64,000 nt of DNA. Source: Ginglymostoma cirratum. Lineage: Eukaryota. The stretch is taken from contig JAHRHZ010000116.1 in assembly GCA_024137785.1 (NCBI GenBank), positions 485,421 to 549,420 of the forward strand, written 5' to 3'. The position numbers were made by a program, and so were the translations under genes. Under the pieces are notes generated by a model. It did no database searches. It was given only the letters and a program-made list of their open reading frames with translations, and was not told where the DNA came from. Numbering within the stretch: the first letter of the stretch is position 1; the number at the start of each line of letters is the position of its first letter. Positions 38,523 to 50,445 of the stretch are shown here, one piece after another.

Positions 38523-39048
38523 ATCCTTTCTTTCTGCATAGCTGTTCTATTTGGTAGGCTCACAAACTGTTCCATTTTGTATTTAAACTCGTTGAAATCA
38601 ATATAAATAGGGAACCAGTAAAACACTTGTTCTGAATGAAAATAATTGCCCCAACCTATACTTGTCCAAAAATCTTGTACTTCTAAATTTGGAAGAAGTT
38701 AGAGAATGTCGCTAAGTGAACGACAGAATTAGACTAGGAATCCAATCAAGAGTGAGGTCAATGAGACGAGTTGGCAAATCCATGATTTTTAAACCATCCA
38801 CAGAAGGCAGATTTCACAACAAATTACAACACATAAAATTTAGAATGATCTCGTTAGAGGGAACTGAAAGTTCATAAAAAGTATGTTTTATTTAATAGAT
38901 ACTGTGTCTGTTTTAAAATAAATCTAACAGTGCGAGTTCAATTTCTGCGCTGGTTTTGATCATTCATAGATCCGTATCTCCTCACTTTCTGGCAGTCCCG
39001 CTACCCTTCCAGCTGTAGAGTGTTGATCCTCAAGATATAACTTTCCAA

Positions 39049-39485
39049 ATGATTGCATCTCATTTGGAGTCTTGCCATACATCCATTTAGCTGTACTGAC
39101 TATTCCTCGGTTTATTTTTATTGGTTATTCCCCACTGATGTGGATAGAAAAATGATTTCGTTCAACTTAATATAAATTGTGAATCTTGTAGGTGATTGTT
39201 GAGGCGATGCAGTTTAACAGACAGTGACCACATCACCGTGACTGAGGGAGATGATGAGCAGTTGTTCCGTAATTTCAGAGCGACAGTAGGTATGGATATA
39301 TACCGACTATATTCTCGCAGATCCATGGAGATTCTGCTGCAGGGAAGCCAGTACAGTGGGAACGCAAAGAGATTTCCAGGGGACAGATTTTCCTCAAAGC
39401 TTCATCGCACGAACTTAATCATCCAGCTGAATATTTCGAAAACAGACCTGACAAGTTCTGCAATGCATTTCTGTGCACTGGGACC
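39049..39485 (+). pseudogene. TCR V pseudogene
   Basis: Decayed leader from 39049 and acceptor ttgtag at 39191. GDC*GDAV*Q...ITVTEGDDEQLFRNF...IYRLYSRRSMEILLQGSQYSGNAKRFPGDRFSSKLHRTNLIIQLNISKTDLTSSAMHFCALG. First Cys and Trp lost. Confidence 0.88.
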
Positions 39486-39524
39486 CATAGAGACTCATAG
39501 CTGGTCTGACCCTGTGCAAAAACT
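39486..39524 (+). other. Damaged 23-RSS
   Basis: CATAGAG, 23-bp spacer, GCAAAAACT. Confidence 0.8.
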
Positions 39525-40329
39525 GTCAAAGTCTCATGACAACACATCAGGCAAATAGTGAGGTAAGCAGTGTATCTGAAATGTTTTCAAATTTTGCCGC
39601 GGTATGACATATGTTTCCATGTAAATACTTAGATATTTTCATAACAAATGTATTAGTGAAATATGCCAATGTCACTCTTTGTGAATACTAAGCAAAAAGC
39701 AAGTGTATTTAGCACATTTCTTGATGCCACAAAATGATTAACTGCTGCAGCTATGAGAATGCAGTCAACAAACGGAAGCCAGCATTGAACTTTAGAAGTT
39801 AATATGCCAAATGAATTCATTGGTTCAATGGTGATTAGTGTTGCTTCACTATTTTCGAGACCTTACCTCCTTTTGTTTCAAAAGGGTGTTCCTATTATCT
39901 ATTATGCCAATTGCATCGATCCTGCGACATGAGACCTAATCTTAAAATCCTCTGAAGCAGATGTGCTCGGGATGAGAATTAAATCTCGTCTGAGGTGTTC
40001 ACTGTTTTGTCCTTGTTCGGGTAATTATGTTGCAACTGAATCTTCACGTACAGAAATACAGAAATAAAACCTCCAAACGTGCATATCAGGCTGAAGAGTG
40101 CTATTCTTTCTAGAAGTTATTTAACTGATGACGAATAGGTAGACAAGCAGCCGACTCTTTGCGCCTCAATCAGCAACAAATTACCACCAGTAACGAATGG
40201 AGCGAAGGACATTTCACAGAAAGCTGAGACATTGAGAAGGGGAAATAGAATACTTTCACGCTCTAGAGCGTTGACAAATAGTCGCAGACGTCCATCATCA
40301 ATATACCTGTGGAGAGAAGAACACTTAAA

Positions 40330-41800
40330 TAGACATAGGATTAAGAGCAGGGATAAGCTACAAGGCCCTTCAAGCCTGATCACCATGTAACATGACCATG
40401 GATAATCATCTATCTCAATGCTAAATTCCAGTTATCTGTCCACATTCCTTGATTTTTTTAATATTAAAAAGCTGTATGCATCTCTTTCCTGAATGTATTC
40501 AGTGAATTAGCCGTCAGAATGCTCTGTGTTACGGAATTACACAGGTTCAGTAATGTTTAACTGAAGATATCCTACTTGATCTCAGTTATAAATGGTCTAC
40601 CCGGAATATTGAGACCATATCCCTTCGTTCGATATTCCCCATCTAGAAAAATATGCTACCTGGGTCTGATCAGCCTAATCCTGTACAATAACGAATATTT
40701 CAATAAGTCATCCTTTCATCGTTCTAAACTCTAGTAAACATAGATCCAGTCTGACAAGCTTCTTGTTATACAACAGTCGTGCCATCCCTGCTCTCAGCTA
40801 CATAAACGTACATTGTATGCAACTATATTAACTCTTAGATATGGAGTCAAAAACTGCGTACAATGCTCTAGGTATGACAGTACCAAGGTCCTGAACAACA
40901 GAAGTGAGACATCCGTACTTCTGAACTGAAATTCTTTTGCAATGAATGCAAATATACCATTTGCCTTCCTAAATGCTTGCTGCACCTGCTTGCCTATTTT
41001 CATTAACTGGTGTACCGCTTTGTACATTCACAACTCCCAAAAAATCATCATTTAAATAATATTCTTTCTCTAAGCTTTTCACACCAAAGTGTATTATATT
41101 ACATTTAGCATGTTATACTGGATATACCATATGTACAGCCTTCCTTAAATTTGTATAAAACATTTTTATGCTCTCTTGTATCCTCCTTACAACTTCCTGT
41201 TATTCCCACTCTTTGTTTCTTTGTGCCAATGAATTATCGAGTCATGCCAATATATTAAGCCCCTTCCCAATGAGCTTTAATTTTGCTGACTAATCTCTTC
41301 TGTGATTATCAAAAGTTACCAAATGTTTTCTGAAAGTCTAACCTCTCCACAGTCCCTGGTCATCACTTACCAGAACTTACAGGTATATCTTCAAAAAAAG
41401 ACTCCAGCTAATTGGTTAAGTACGATTTGCCTTTCATAAACCTATGCTGGATTTATCCAAATCTCTCATGCTATCCAAATATTAATACTTGCTCAATAAT
41501 TAATTTAGTGTCTTCAGAATTTTGGAAGATGATCATCAATCCATACAATATTTCCAATGCTGCTGCCTTTAGAATTCAGGTATGCAATTGTACGGCTCTT
41601 TGTGGTTCGTCAATCGTTTACCCATTCCCCCCCCCACCCCCGCCCCAGCAACATTTTCTTCCTTTGAATCCACCCAAGAAGTAACCGTTTGGTTTTCTAG
41701 CATTTCTGAGAGGAAATTTGTATCGTCTTTCGTGAAGACAGAACCAAAGTTATTTTTTGTCTCATTTTGTTCCCATTAAAACTTTCCTGAAATCTAATTG
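40330..41800 (-). mobile_element. Decayed CR1 LINE
   Basis: ORF 40794-41027: QVQQAFRKANGIFAFIAK..FR..DV.LLLFRTLV..YLEHCTQF. Confidence 0.8.
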
Positions 41801-42289
41801 CAAGGAAACTATATTTTTCTTTATTAACTTTTTTAAAAAAGAAAATCAAACTTCAAATATTCATAGGAGAGTTTATGGTCAGTTTCTGTGTTACCTGCAT
41901 TTAACAGTCATACCTTATTTTACTCTTCTTCATCATTTTGCGCTCACAGCAAATGTAATCAAATTTGCTGATTCAACAATAACCTGCAAGCTCAGGCTTG
42001 TTGTTTATTCGAGCAGTCTTATTTGTCGTCGCATTGAATCTAATTCGAATTCTTCATTTATATTGTACGCCCTGATTCATTGGCCCTCCCCCTTTTATTG
42101 TTGGCTTACATGGTAATAAATCGTTCTTGCCAATCGTTTACACGTTTTTTAAATGTGAATCATTGCCATTTATGAAAGGTTTATGAAAGGCAAATCATAC
42201 CATTGCCATCATATCATATTATTTTGTATAAAGCCTGATATTCGTCATCATTATCGCTACAACAGTTCACTATGTATGAACGAAAAATA

Positions 42290-42292
42290 CTC

Positions 42293-42329
<37 letters not shown>

Positions 42330-42333
42330 GCAC
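42290..42333. repeat. (CT)n(CA)n compound microsatellite
   Basis: Direct read. Confidence 0.9.
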
Positions 42334-43677
42334 GCTTAACTTTTGCTCATTGCAGCCAAAGCTGATCACTGCTCTTCCTCTCATTCAATCACCCAGAGGA
42401 CGCTGAAGAAAATCTGGTGATCACTCCATGTATACTCTATATAATGTGTGTGAACTTGATTATATCTCCTTTTGTATTGACACAACTTACAAAAACAGAC
42501 GTCCGTTCAGTCCTCGCAAAGTGGTTCGTATCCATTCTTGCAACATTGTCCAAAGGATGTTTGGTTTGTGCTAAAGCTTTTGACTAAACTTGAACTGAAG
42601 TGCTCAGCAATGCAATTTCTAAGCATTTTGACAGAATACTTTGCATTGCTAAATTCTGAAATGAATGACAGACTAATGGAGACTGACCTGTCCTTAATGC
42701 CTTATGTCATTTCAGAGATCACTACAGGTGTTCCGGAACTCTGCGAAGAAGTGTGGTTGTTTCTGAGTAACTTCAGCATTTCATCGTACTTTGAGTGTAT
42801 GGCACAGAAAAAAAAAACAACAGTGGTATCCACATTTCCTGTGCTCTCAAATGACAGTTGGTTCCATTTGTCTGCAATAGAAAAAAATCGGTGCAAATCC
42901 GTTTCCTCTCCCATTCTCCTTTCCCAAAGTTCCAATGCGCTAGCCTCTCCAGCTCATAATCGGATATCCGTACGTACTAATGCATGCTGTGCGCACTGAG
43001 CGTTCTCTGGCTTTAGTTTGTCTACACCAAATCATCTCTCTAAACTGTTCTCAAACCGCAGCATCGCAGCAATCAGTACTGGATTCCTCAAGTAGTAACA
43101 CCATTACGCTAAAGAAACCCTGTCGCAACATACATAAGGAAAGAAGCATTCTTTGTTCTTAATTGCAGATGGTGTGCATGCATGTTAGAAGTGCCTGATC
43201 ATATCGTCCAGTGCCTTCAAAAAGTGAAAAAAATAAAATGGGATTCAGCTTGCAAGCGAACAACACCAGTTGATTGAAGACGTTCAGTGGAAAAGTGATT
43301 AAAGATTCGGAGCCACCCAGGTCCTGCTTCAGGCTCCACGGTTTTGTGTTTATTGTCCATTCTTCACCCAAGCCGTACGTTTAGTGAATCTCTGCTCTCT
43401 TTGCCATATGTGAAGATGCCAGTTATTCAAAGAACAGGAGTTCACTCGTCTCACTGTGCCGGGAGGAGGGGGGAACGAATCTTTTCTTGTGCTAACTGTT
43501 CCTGTAGCTACATTATTTCCTCAAGAATGGAAGGAGCATGTTCAAAATGTCTCATAAATGAGTCAAAATCTTTAGGGCATTGTGAACAATCCTTTCATTA
43601 TCGGATATATGAAGTCAGTTGAATTCTGTACCATATGTAAATAGATGCGTAGACATTGTCTGATAGAAACCTGCAAT

Positions 43678-43716
43678 AGATATCGTACGGGAGCACTCAG
43701 TCTTTATCTCACTGTG
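43678..43716 (-). other. 23-RSS with a perfect heptamer and weak nonamer
   Basis: CACAGTG, 23-bp spacer, ACGATATCT. Confidence 0.85.
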
Positions 43717-44119
43717 CTTCATTGCACAGTGATAAACTCCAGCGTCCAACAGAGCTGGATTGACAATATTAAGAATGTTATAACTTCTTTTTGGGTCAAC
43801 AAATAGATTGAATCGCCCGTTGGTAGTGTTCCCATGAATAGCAGATAGGATGAGTTCCATGCCATGGTTTTCTCGTTGTTTGTACCAGTGGATGCTATCG
43901 GTACCAGTTGTGGCTGCATTACACTGGATTGCAATTGAACGTTCTTCTTGTGCGAACATCTGCTCTTTTTGCTCGATTGCAGCCTCTCCACTAATCACTG
44001 TTGACAAAGAAGCGAAAAGGCAAATGAGAGGAAAAAGGTTTTTTTTAGAGGCGAATGATCTTTCGCAAGGAACACTTACCGAAAATCAATAAGCACAAAA
44101 TTATTATTATTCCATACAT
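43717..44119 (-). CDS. TRAV: Apparently functional TCR alpha/delta V segment (short-CDR2 family); leader 44080-44119, V exon 43717-43997
   Basis: Leader MYGIIIILCLLIF-G/gtaagt and acceptor caacag. VISGEAAIEQKEQMFAQEERSIAIQCNAATTGTDSIHWYKQRENHGMELILSAIHGNTTNGRFNLFVDPKRSYNILNIVNPALLDAGVYHCAMK, followed by the RSS. Confidence 0.92.
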
Positions 44120-45596
44120 TGAATTTTCCATTTCTTTGTGCTCGCAGTATTGTGACAATCAATTTGATTTGAGATGATTCTGGACGTATTGACACTACCT
44201 TTGTGTCACCTTTCAAAGAACACATCTGTTTTATATTCACTGTGGGCATGAGAGCAAACCAATGCTGACTTGTCAGTCTCACTGACACTCTTTCTTGACA
44301 CGGTATTCCTCACTTGTTGACTCAAATTCTTAGTACCAGCTGGGAATAGCGATGTGTTGATTCAGACTCTTGTGTTTTCTCTATCTTGGAAGTGGAGTCA
44401 AATCTCACCGATGCAGAGCGTTCCGAATGCCAATGGATTGGGGACTGAGAAGTTCCGTAATTCAGACATTGACCATTCGTATGGTGCACATCAATTTGAA
44501 ATACACTTTTGTGACAAAGGATGGACTTTTGCGATTTTTCAACAGAGATTGATTATCTCGTATATGATTATATTTTATTATCTTCTATTCAAGAAGGACC
44601 GAAGATAAAGAATTAAAAGTTTGTTTTTTTTTGCTGACAAAAATCATTAAATGAATATCAAACCACTGAGGATTGTTGCTGAAGCATTACCGTGAGATAT
44701 GTATGATGAATTTGTCTTTCATTGCAAAACATTTGTGATATTTGCATTCTACACCATTCACCACTACAAAGTCCAATCTAAGTTCAGAATAATTATATAC
44801 AATATGTAAACACGTACATACACAATGGGTCAAAAACTGTTGATGTCTCCTTTGACTATATATAGAATAAATGGTAACTCGAGATCTTCTGTGCAAAATC
44901 TAAGATGACAATCTTGTGATGTGATGAGTAAATTCTTCATTGTCTAAGTGCAGTCTTTCAGATCAGAGGTGACACAAAGTCTACACCTTCCTTTTTAAGG
45001 CAGATGGTAACATTCCTGGAATTATTTAAATGGAGAGAACTGGAGGTATTCTCCACTTTTTGGGCATTGTGCACTCCACAACATCGGAAAACCAGGTTAT
45101 ACAATCATCTCAATTCTTAGTTTTTGTTTTCGCTTGTGCATAATCTTTCTGTAGTCTCTCTTACATTACAACGGCTATTATACTACGAAAATACTTCGTT
45201 CAGTCTGAAGAATTTTCAGACGTTCAGTCGTCTTGAGCCAAATAGATACACAGATATAAAGGCTGAGAAAGAGATGGATGCCCAGACGTAGAAGGCGATG
45301 CTGGAAAAAGGGTCTGTGAAGAGGTAGGGAGAGCAAATAGAGATCCCAATGAAAAATGAAAGATGAAAATGGAGAAAACGAGAGTGAGCGGAAACGATAG
45401 AGTTAGGGACAAAAATGCAAAGAAAAATTGAGATAGCTGATGAAAGGCTGAAGAGAAACAGAGAGAGAGAGATGACAGCGTGAATACGAAATTAAGTAAA
45501 AGATAAAGATATTGATTCAGAGAATCCGAGATGGAGTGAGAGACGTCAGTGCCAGAGTGGGAAAAATAGGCGATTTGACAGTCAGGGGAGCCAGCG

Positions 45597-45615
45597 ATCG
45601 CCACCTGGTGGCGAT
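45597..45615. promoter_or_regulatory. Palindromic CTCF-like motif
   Basis: ATCGCCACC-T-GGTGGCGAT. The minus strand reads CCACCAGGTGGCGA. Confidence 0.55.
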
Positions 45616-46644
45616 TAGCAGTTCTTCATCACAATTGGATAATGTTTGGCTTCTCAATTTACTGGAGGATTTTGATGCACGATTCTTCACGTTATTATTA
45701 TCTATATTCCAGTATCATTGAATGCAGTTGAACTTCGACACGAGAGTTAACACAAATTCTGTTAAAGTCCTACTCATTTCCTTTATTTTAATTTAAATAT
45801 CCCAGCCATTCCGTTTAAATTAATTGGTTTTAAACAATATAGTATCAGGGCATTGCTGATGTCATCTTTAGGGTAAAAGTTTGGCACAACATCTTGGGCC
45901 AAAGGGGCTGTACTGTTCTGTACTGTTCTACGCTCTATGTTCTATGTTCATCATGATTAATTCCAACAGATGCAATAGATATGAATATGACTCCGGATGT
46001 GTGCATGTTATGCACGCCGTGTATTTAAATGTCACGGTCTCCATTATAATCATACTTCGAACTTTATGTTATAGTATTGCTTCTATAATGTCTCTCCCAT
46101 TGTTGAAACACATGATTTGGAGAAACTTAATGTTCTACAGTTTGACATTTTGGAAGACACGGTGGGAGAAGGATTAAATGCAGCAAGTTTGAAACTACGA
46201 GTATTTGAAAGGAAGAATTGGGACTTGATAAAATAATTCAAGGTGACATGTTATATTTTGGGTTACTATAAATAGCTCACAATTTCAGAATCCAGGACCA
46301 CATATCCAGCAGTTGAGGTCTTTCACTGGGCAAAACCACTGATATTTCGCCAGATGGTAGCATTTTTATTTGCTATCATACAGGCCCCCTCACACAGGAC
46401 ACTCAACAGTCTCCACTCAGGGAGATTCAAGGACAGGATTCCAAAGCTTATATGAACAAAAAACATATTATTGCTGTTAAGAATCAGAACAGGGTTATTC
46501 TAATATTCCTGCCCTTAGCAGCTATTCACTGATTGGATTGTGTGTCTAACACTCTAAATTAATTTTGGACTAAACATATTTCATCTTTTCTTCATTTCAC
46601 AGATCCAGTTACCCTGTTTGAACGTGTTTACTTGTTTATTTGGG

Positions 46645-46870
46645 ATCTGAGTCACGCAGATTCTTTTATACATCGACTGCCCTGAAATGTTTGTACAGAA
46701 GGGGGAGTGATGGCTTTAAGCCATATTTGTGATCCTCCACGGGATGGATTGGTTTTGTTCAAAAACTCCGACAGTGTTGAAGATAAAGCAGAAATTCCTG
46801 AAATATGATTCGTTTTGAAACTCTAAACCTTAACTACATTCACCAGTTTAACTGTCAGGTGCTAGCTTTC
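46645..46870 (+). pseudogene. TCR V pseudogene (family A), heavily decayed
   Basis: DLSHADSF at the start and LVLFKNSDSVEDKAEIPEI*FVLKL*TLTTFTSLTV, matching the 4.4- and 28.1-kb copies. Confidence 0.7.
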
Positions 46871-47345
46871 TGGATGTCTCCACCACTGAGGAGTGGAAAC
46901 GTCAATTACACTGCTTCAAGGCAATTATTGAAGGGATTGAGCTTACGACGATTTCTGCCATGATGGAATGACTGCCATTGGCTGATTCTAAGGTCTGCTG
47001 GGAGGCAATAACGACTGCAGATGCTGGAATTCATAGTCTATAGTCGTGAGGCTGGAAAAGTCCAGCAGGTCAGGCAAGGAACAGAAAAGTCAACAGTTTG
47101 TTCTGAAACACTTCCATGGGACTAGGGAGAGGGAGGGTAGCCCAGAAATAAATCGAGGTGGGGGTGGGGCTGTTGGAAGGAGAGGAGAGATGGTGATGGG
47201 TGAATGTGGCTAAAGGTTTATAGTGATTGGTACGTGGAAAGTGTGTAGCGGATCAGTGAGTATGAAAATGCACAGGTTAGTTCAGATCAGTCATCTGACA
47301 TGGAAAATGACATCTGTCTGTCATTTGGGAGAGCAGGCAGTGAAA

Positions 47346-49070
47346 ATGCGATTTCTCAGTTTTTAAATTTCATTAGGTCCATTTCTGGCAGTTAAGTGTG
47401 AAGTCTCTGTAATGTTCCAAATATCATTTCCTTTTGTGAAAATGCTGGCTTATTTGCTTCTGTGCATATAGGGATTATATTTGATAAGAATATAAGAACA
47501 TAAGAAGTCGGAGCAGGAGTAGGCCATCCGGCCCCTCCAGCCTGCCCCGTCATTCAATAAGATCATGGCTGATCTTATTGAGGCTTGGCTCCACTCACCC
47601 GCCCATACATCATAACCCTTAATCCCTTTACTGTTCAAAAATTTATCTCGCCTTGCCTTAAACACATTCAGCGAGGTAGCTTCAACCGCTTTACTGAGCA
47701 GGGAATTCCACAGATTCACAACCCTTTGGGTGAAGAAGTTCCTCCTGACATTAGTCCGACATCTGCTTCCCTTTATTTTGAGACTATGCCCCCGAGTCCT
47801 AGTTTCACCTGCTAGTGGAAACAACCTCCCTGACTCCACCTTGTCTATTCCCTTCATAATCTTATATGTTTCTATAAGATCTCCCCTCATTCTTCTGAAT
47901 TCTAATGGAATATCCCAGCCTACACATTCTCTCCTCATAATCCAAAGCTCTCAACTCTGCAATCAATCAAGTGAATCTCCTCTGCAACCCCTCCAGTGAT
48001 AGTATACCCCTTCTCAAGAAAGGAGACCAAAACTGCACGCAGTACTCCAAGTGTGGCCTCACCAGTACCCTATAGAGCTGCAGAATAGCCTCCCTGTTTT
48101 TACACTCCATCCCTCCAGCAATGGCAGACAATATTCCATTTGACTTTTTAATTACCAGCTGCACCTGCAAACCTACTTTTAACGATTCATGCACAAGGAC
48201 ACCCAAGTCCCTCTGCACAGCAGCGTGCTGCAATTTATTTTACCATTTAAAACATAGCCCATTTTACTGTCATTCCTACCAAAATGAATGACCTCACACT
48301 TATTAACATTGTACTCCATCTGACAGACATTTTACCACTCACTTAGAGTATCAATATCCCTCTGTAGACTTTCAGTGCCTTCTGCACACTTTGCTCTACC
48401 ACTCATCTTAGTGTCGTCTGCAAATTTTGACACACTACACTTAGTCCCCAACTCCAAATCATCTCTGTAAATTGTAAACAATTGCGGTCCCAACACTAAT
48501 CTCTGAGGCACACCGTTAGCCACTGACCGCCAACCAGAAAAAAAAAACACCCATTTACCCCTACTCTTTGCTTTCTACTCGTCAACCGTTACTCCATCCA
48601 TGCCTATACATTATCTGTAATACCATGCAATTTTATCTTATGTAGCAGCCTTTTGAATGGTACCTTGTCAAATGCCTTCTAGAAATCCAGATTCATTGCA
48701 TCCACAGGCTCCCCATTGTCCACCATGCAAGTAACTTCCTCAAAGAATTCCACCAGATTTTAGATTGGAGTTATGGAGATTATATTTCTCAATGACTGCT
48801 TTCTGAATTTAAGATGGAAGTGCTCGCGTTGACATTGACCTGTACCTAAGAGAAGTAATCAAACAGTTTTTATTCGCCTGATACAGATAATACCCAAGCA
48901 TGCAAACCAAGCTTATATTATCGAAACACTGAAGGGATTCAGAGAAAAAAGCGGATTTTGCTTTGTGTAATTTCTCTATTGAGCTTCAGACGAAGAATAA
49001 CTTCACTAGTTCGTCTATCTGTGGACAGTGATGATGATTTCTGCACTGCATTACTGTGTTCTAAGGTTTT
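47346..49070 (+). pseudogene. TCR V pseudogene (family A) with a CR1 in its intron; leader 47346-47391, V exon 48764-49070
   Basis: Leader MRFLSF*ISLGPFLA-G/ttaagt. Exon DWSYGDYISQ*LLSEFKME..ALTLTCT...*YR*YPSMQTKLILSKH...KADFA..NFSIELQTKNNFTS...SALHYCVLR, then CACAGCA at 49071-49077. Confidence 0.85.
47484..48757 (-). mobile_element. 5'-truncated CR1 LINE
   Basis: ORFs 48332-48550 (GVPQ..VLGP, KFADDTK), 47967-48233 and 47450-47938, with a (TTCTTA)-like tail. Confidence 0.93.
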
Positions 49071-49479
49071 CACAGCAATAGACTATGATTATACCGCTGT
49101 ATGTAATGTGTTAATGGTAAATCCAGATGGGTTGGGTTTGTGTACAATCATAGGCCGATAACACCACAGTGTGCAGAATGCTGACAAGCTCTCAAATGTA
49201 TGTCGAAGGGAAACCAATTAAATAGTCGACGTAAACACAACTTAAACAGTCACTCCACTGTTTCCAGGAGTGGCTGAGGAAATAAACGGAGGAACAAAAA
49301 GGAACTGTCGGAGAAATGAGAGAATTCCATTTGAGAGCTGTGAATTTCGAAGTTTTCCAGACAGCTGAAGACTTACCACGTGTACACAATGGAAGGCGCT
49401 CATTAATCTTGTCTGTTTCGGTTGTTGTTCGAATGGGAGGCCGTGATCAATGACATACCAGAAAGACACGCCTGACTTC

Positions 49480-49990
49480 ATTGTTGTTGGTCATTTATAG
49501 GAACGTTTTGGATCAAAATATTGAATGCATTGTTGATAAATTTTTGAATGACTCCAAAATTATTTGTATTTTGAATATTTAAGATGGATTTCTAAGAGTA
49601 TAACAGAATCATCATGGGCTCGGCTAATTAGTAAGGAGTGGTTGGTGGAACTTAATTGAGATAAATATGAAATGTCATATTTTGGTGAGACAAACCAGGC
49701 AAGGCTTCCAAGCTAATGGTAGGGCGCTAGAGAGTGCTCCTGAATAGTGAAAATTGGGATGTAAGTACATAGTTCCTTGGAAGTGTCCGTGCAGGTAGAC
49801 AGGGTGGTGAAGATGGCGTTTGGTATGCTTGATCAGAGCGCTGAGAATCGGAGTTGTGATTGCACAGGGCACTGGCGATCATTTGGAGTATTCCAGACCG
49901 TTCTGGTCGCCCTGCGTTGGGAAAGATATAACTAAACTGGATGGGGTTCAGAAAAGGTTCACAAGGTTATACCGAGACGTGGCGTTTTGA
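49480..49990 (+). mobile_element. Decayed CR1 fragment
   Basis: HI.VRQTRQG, QVDRVVK.AFGML and FWSP remnants. Confidence 0.65.
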
Positions 49991-50023
49991 ATCATAATCA
50001 TGTTGTTTTTCACATTTCTACAA

Positions 50024-50326
50024 GTGCTCGTGGTAAGAATTTTATTTCGACAAGAGCCAATCACAGTGATTCATTTTGAAGGAGATTCGGTGATTTCAGA
50101 CATCAGTTTCAGAAGTTCCAAAACGCCTGGTTCATTTTAATTAGGACGCCTGGACGGTGATAAAGGTTTTCAAATCTCCATAACGAACCACACAACTTAT
50201 TTTAGAGCACAAATTTTGAGGTCATGATTTCCTATATGTATTGACAAGACGAAAATTGAGGGGTATTTCACCTATCAGTGACCTGCGACTGTTTGACAGC
50301 AGAGTGTATTACTGCGGATTGGGACA
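50024..50326 (+). pseudogene. TCR V pseudogene
   Basis: QEPITVIHFEGDSV...CIDKTKIEGYF/ISDLRLFDSRVYYCGLG, followed by GTCAGTG, a 23-bp spacer and TTAAAAAAA (50327-50365). Confidence 0.75.
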
Positions 50327-50445
50327 GTCAGTGACAGGGCACAGGGGGATATTGGTTTAAAAAAAGCGCGATGGGGCAATTTGATGCAGTATCAGCTCCC
50401 GAGTGAGATCTATGCACTGCTAATATTAGATGAGTAAAGCGCAGA

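Noticed and set aside
42702-42935. ORF with a good acceptor and an FFC motif as a V exon
   Set aside because: No WY.Q, no second Cys motif and no RSS.
44640-44890. Minus-strand exon-like stretch starting EDL after ttttgcacag, faintly like a constant domain
   Set aside because: Many stops and no conserved cysteines in frame; not distinguishable from chance.
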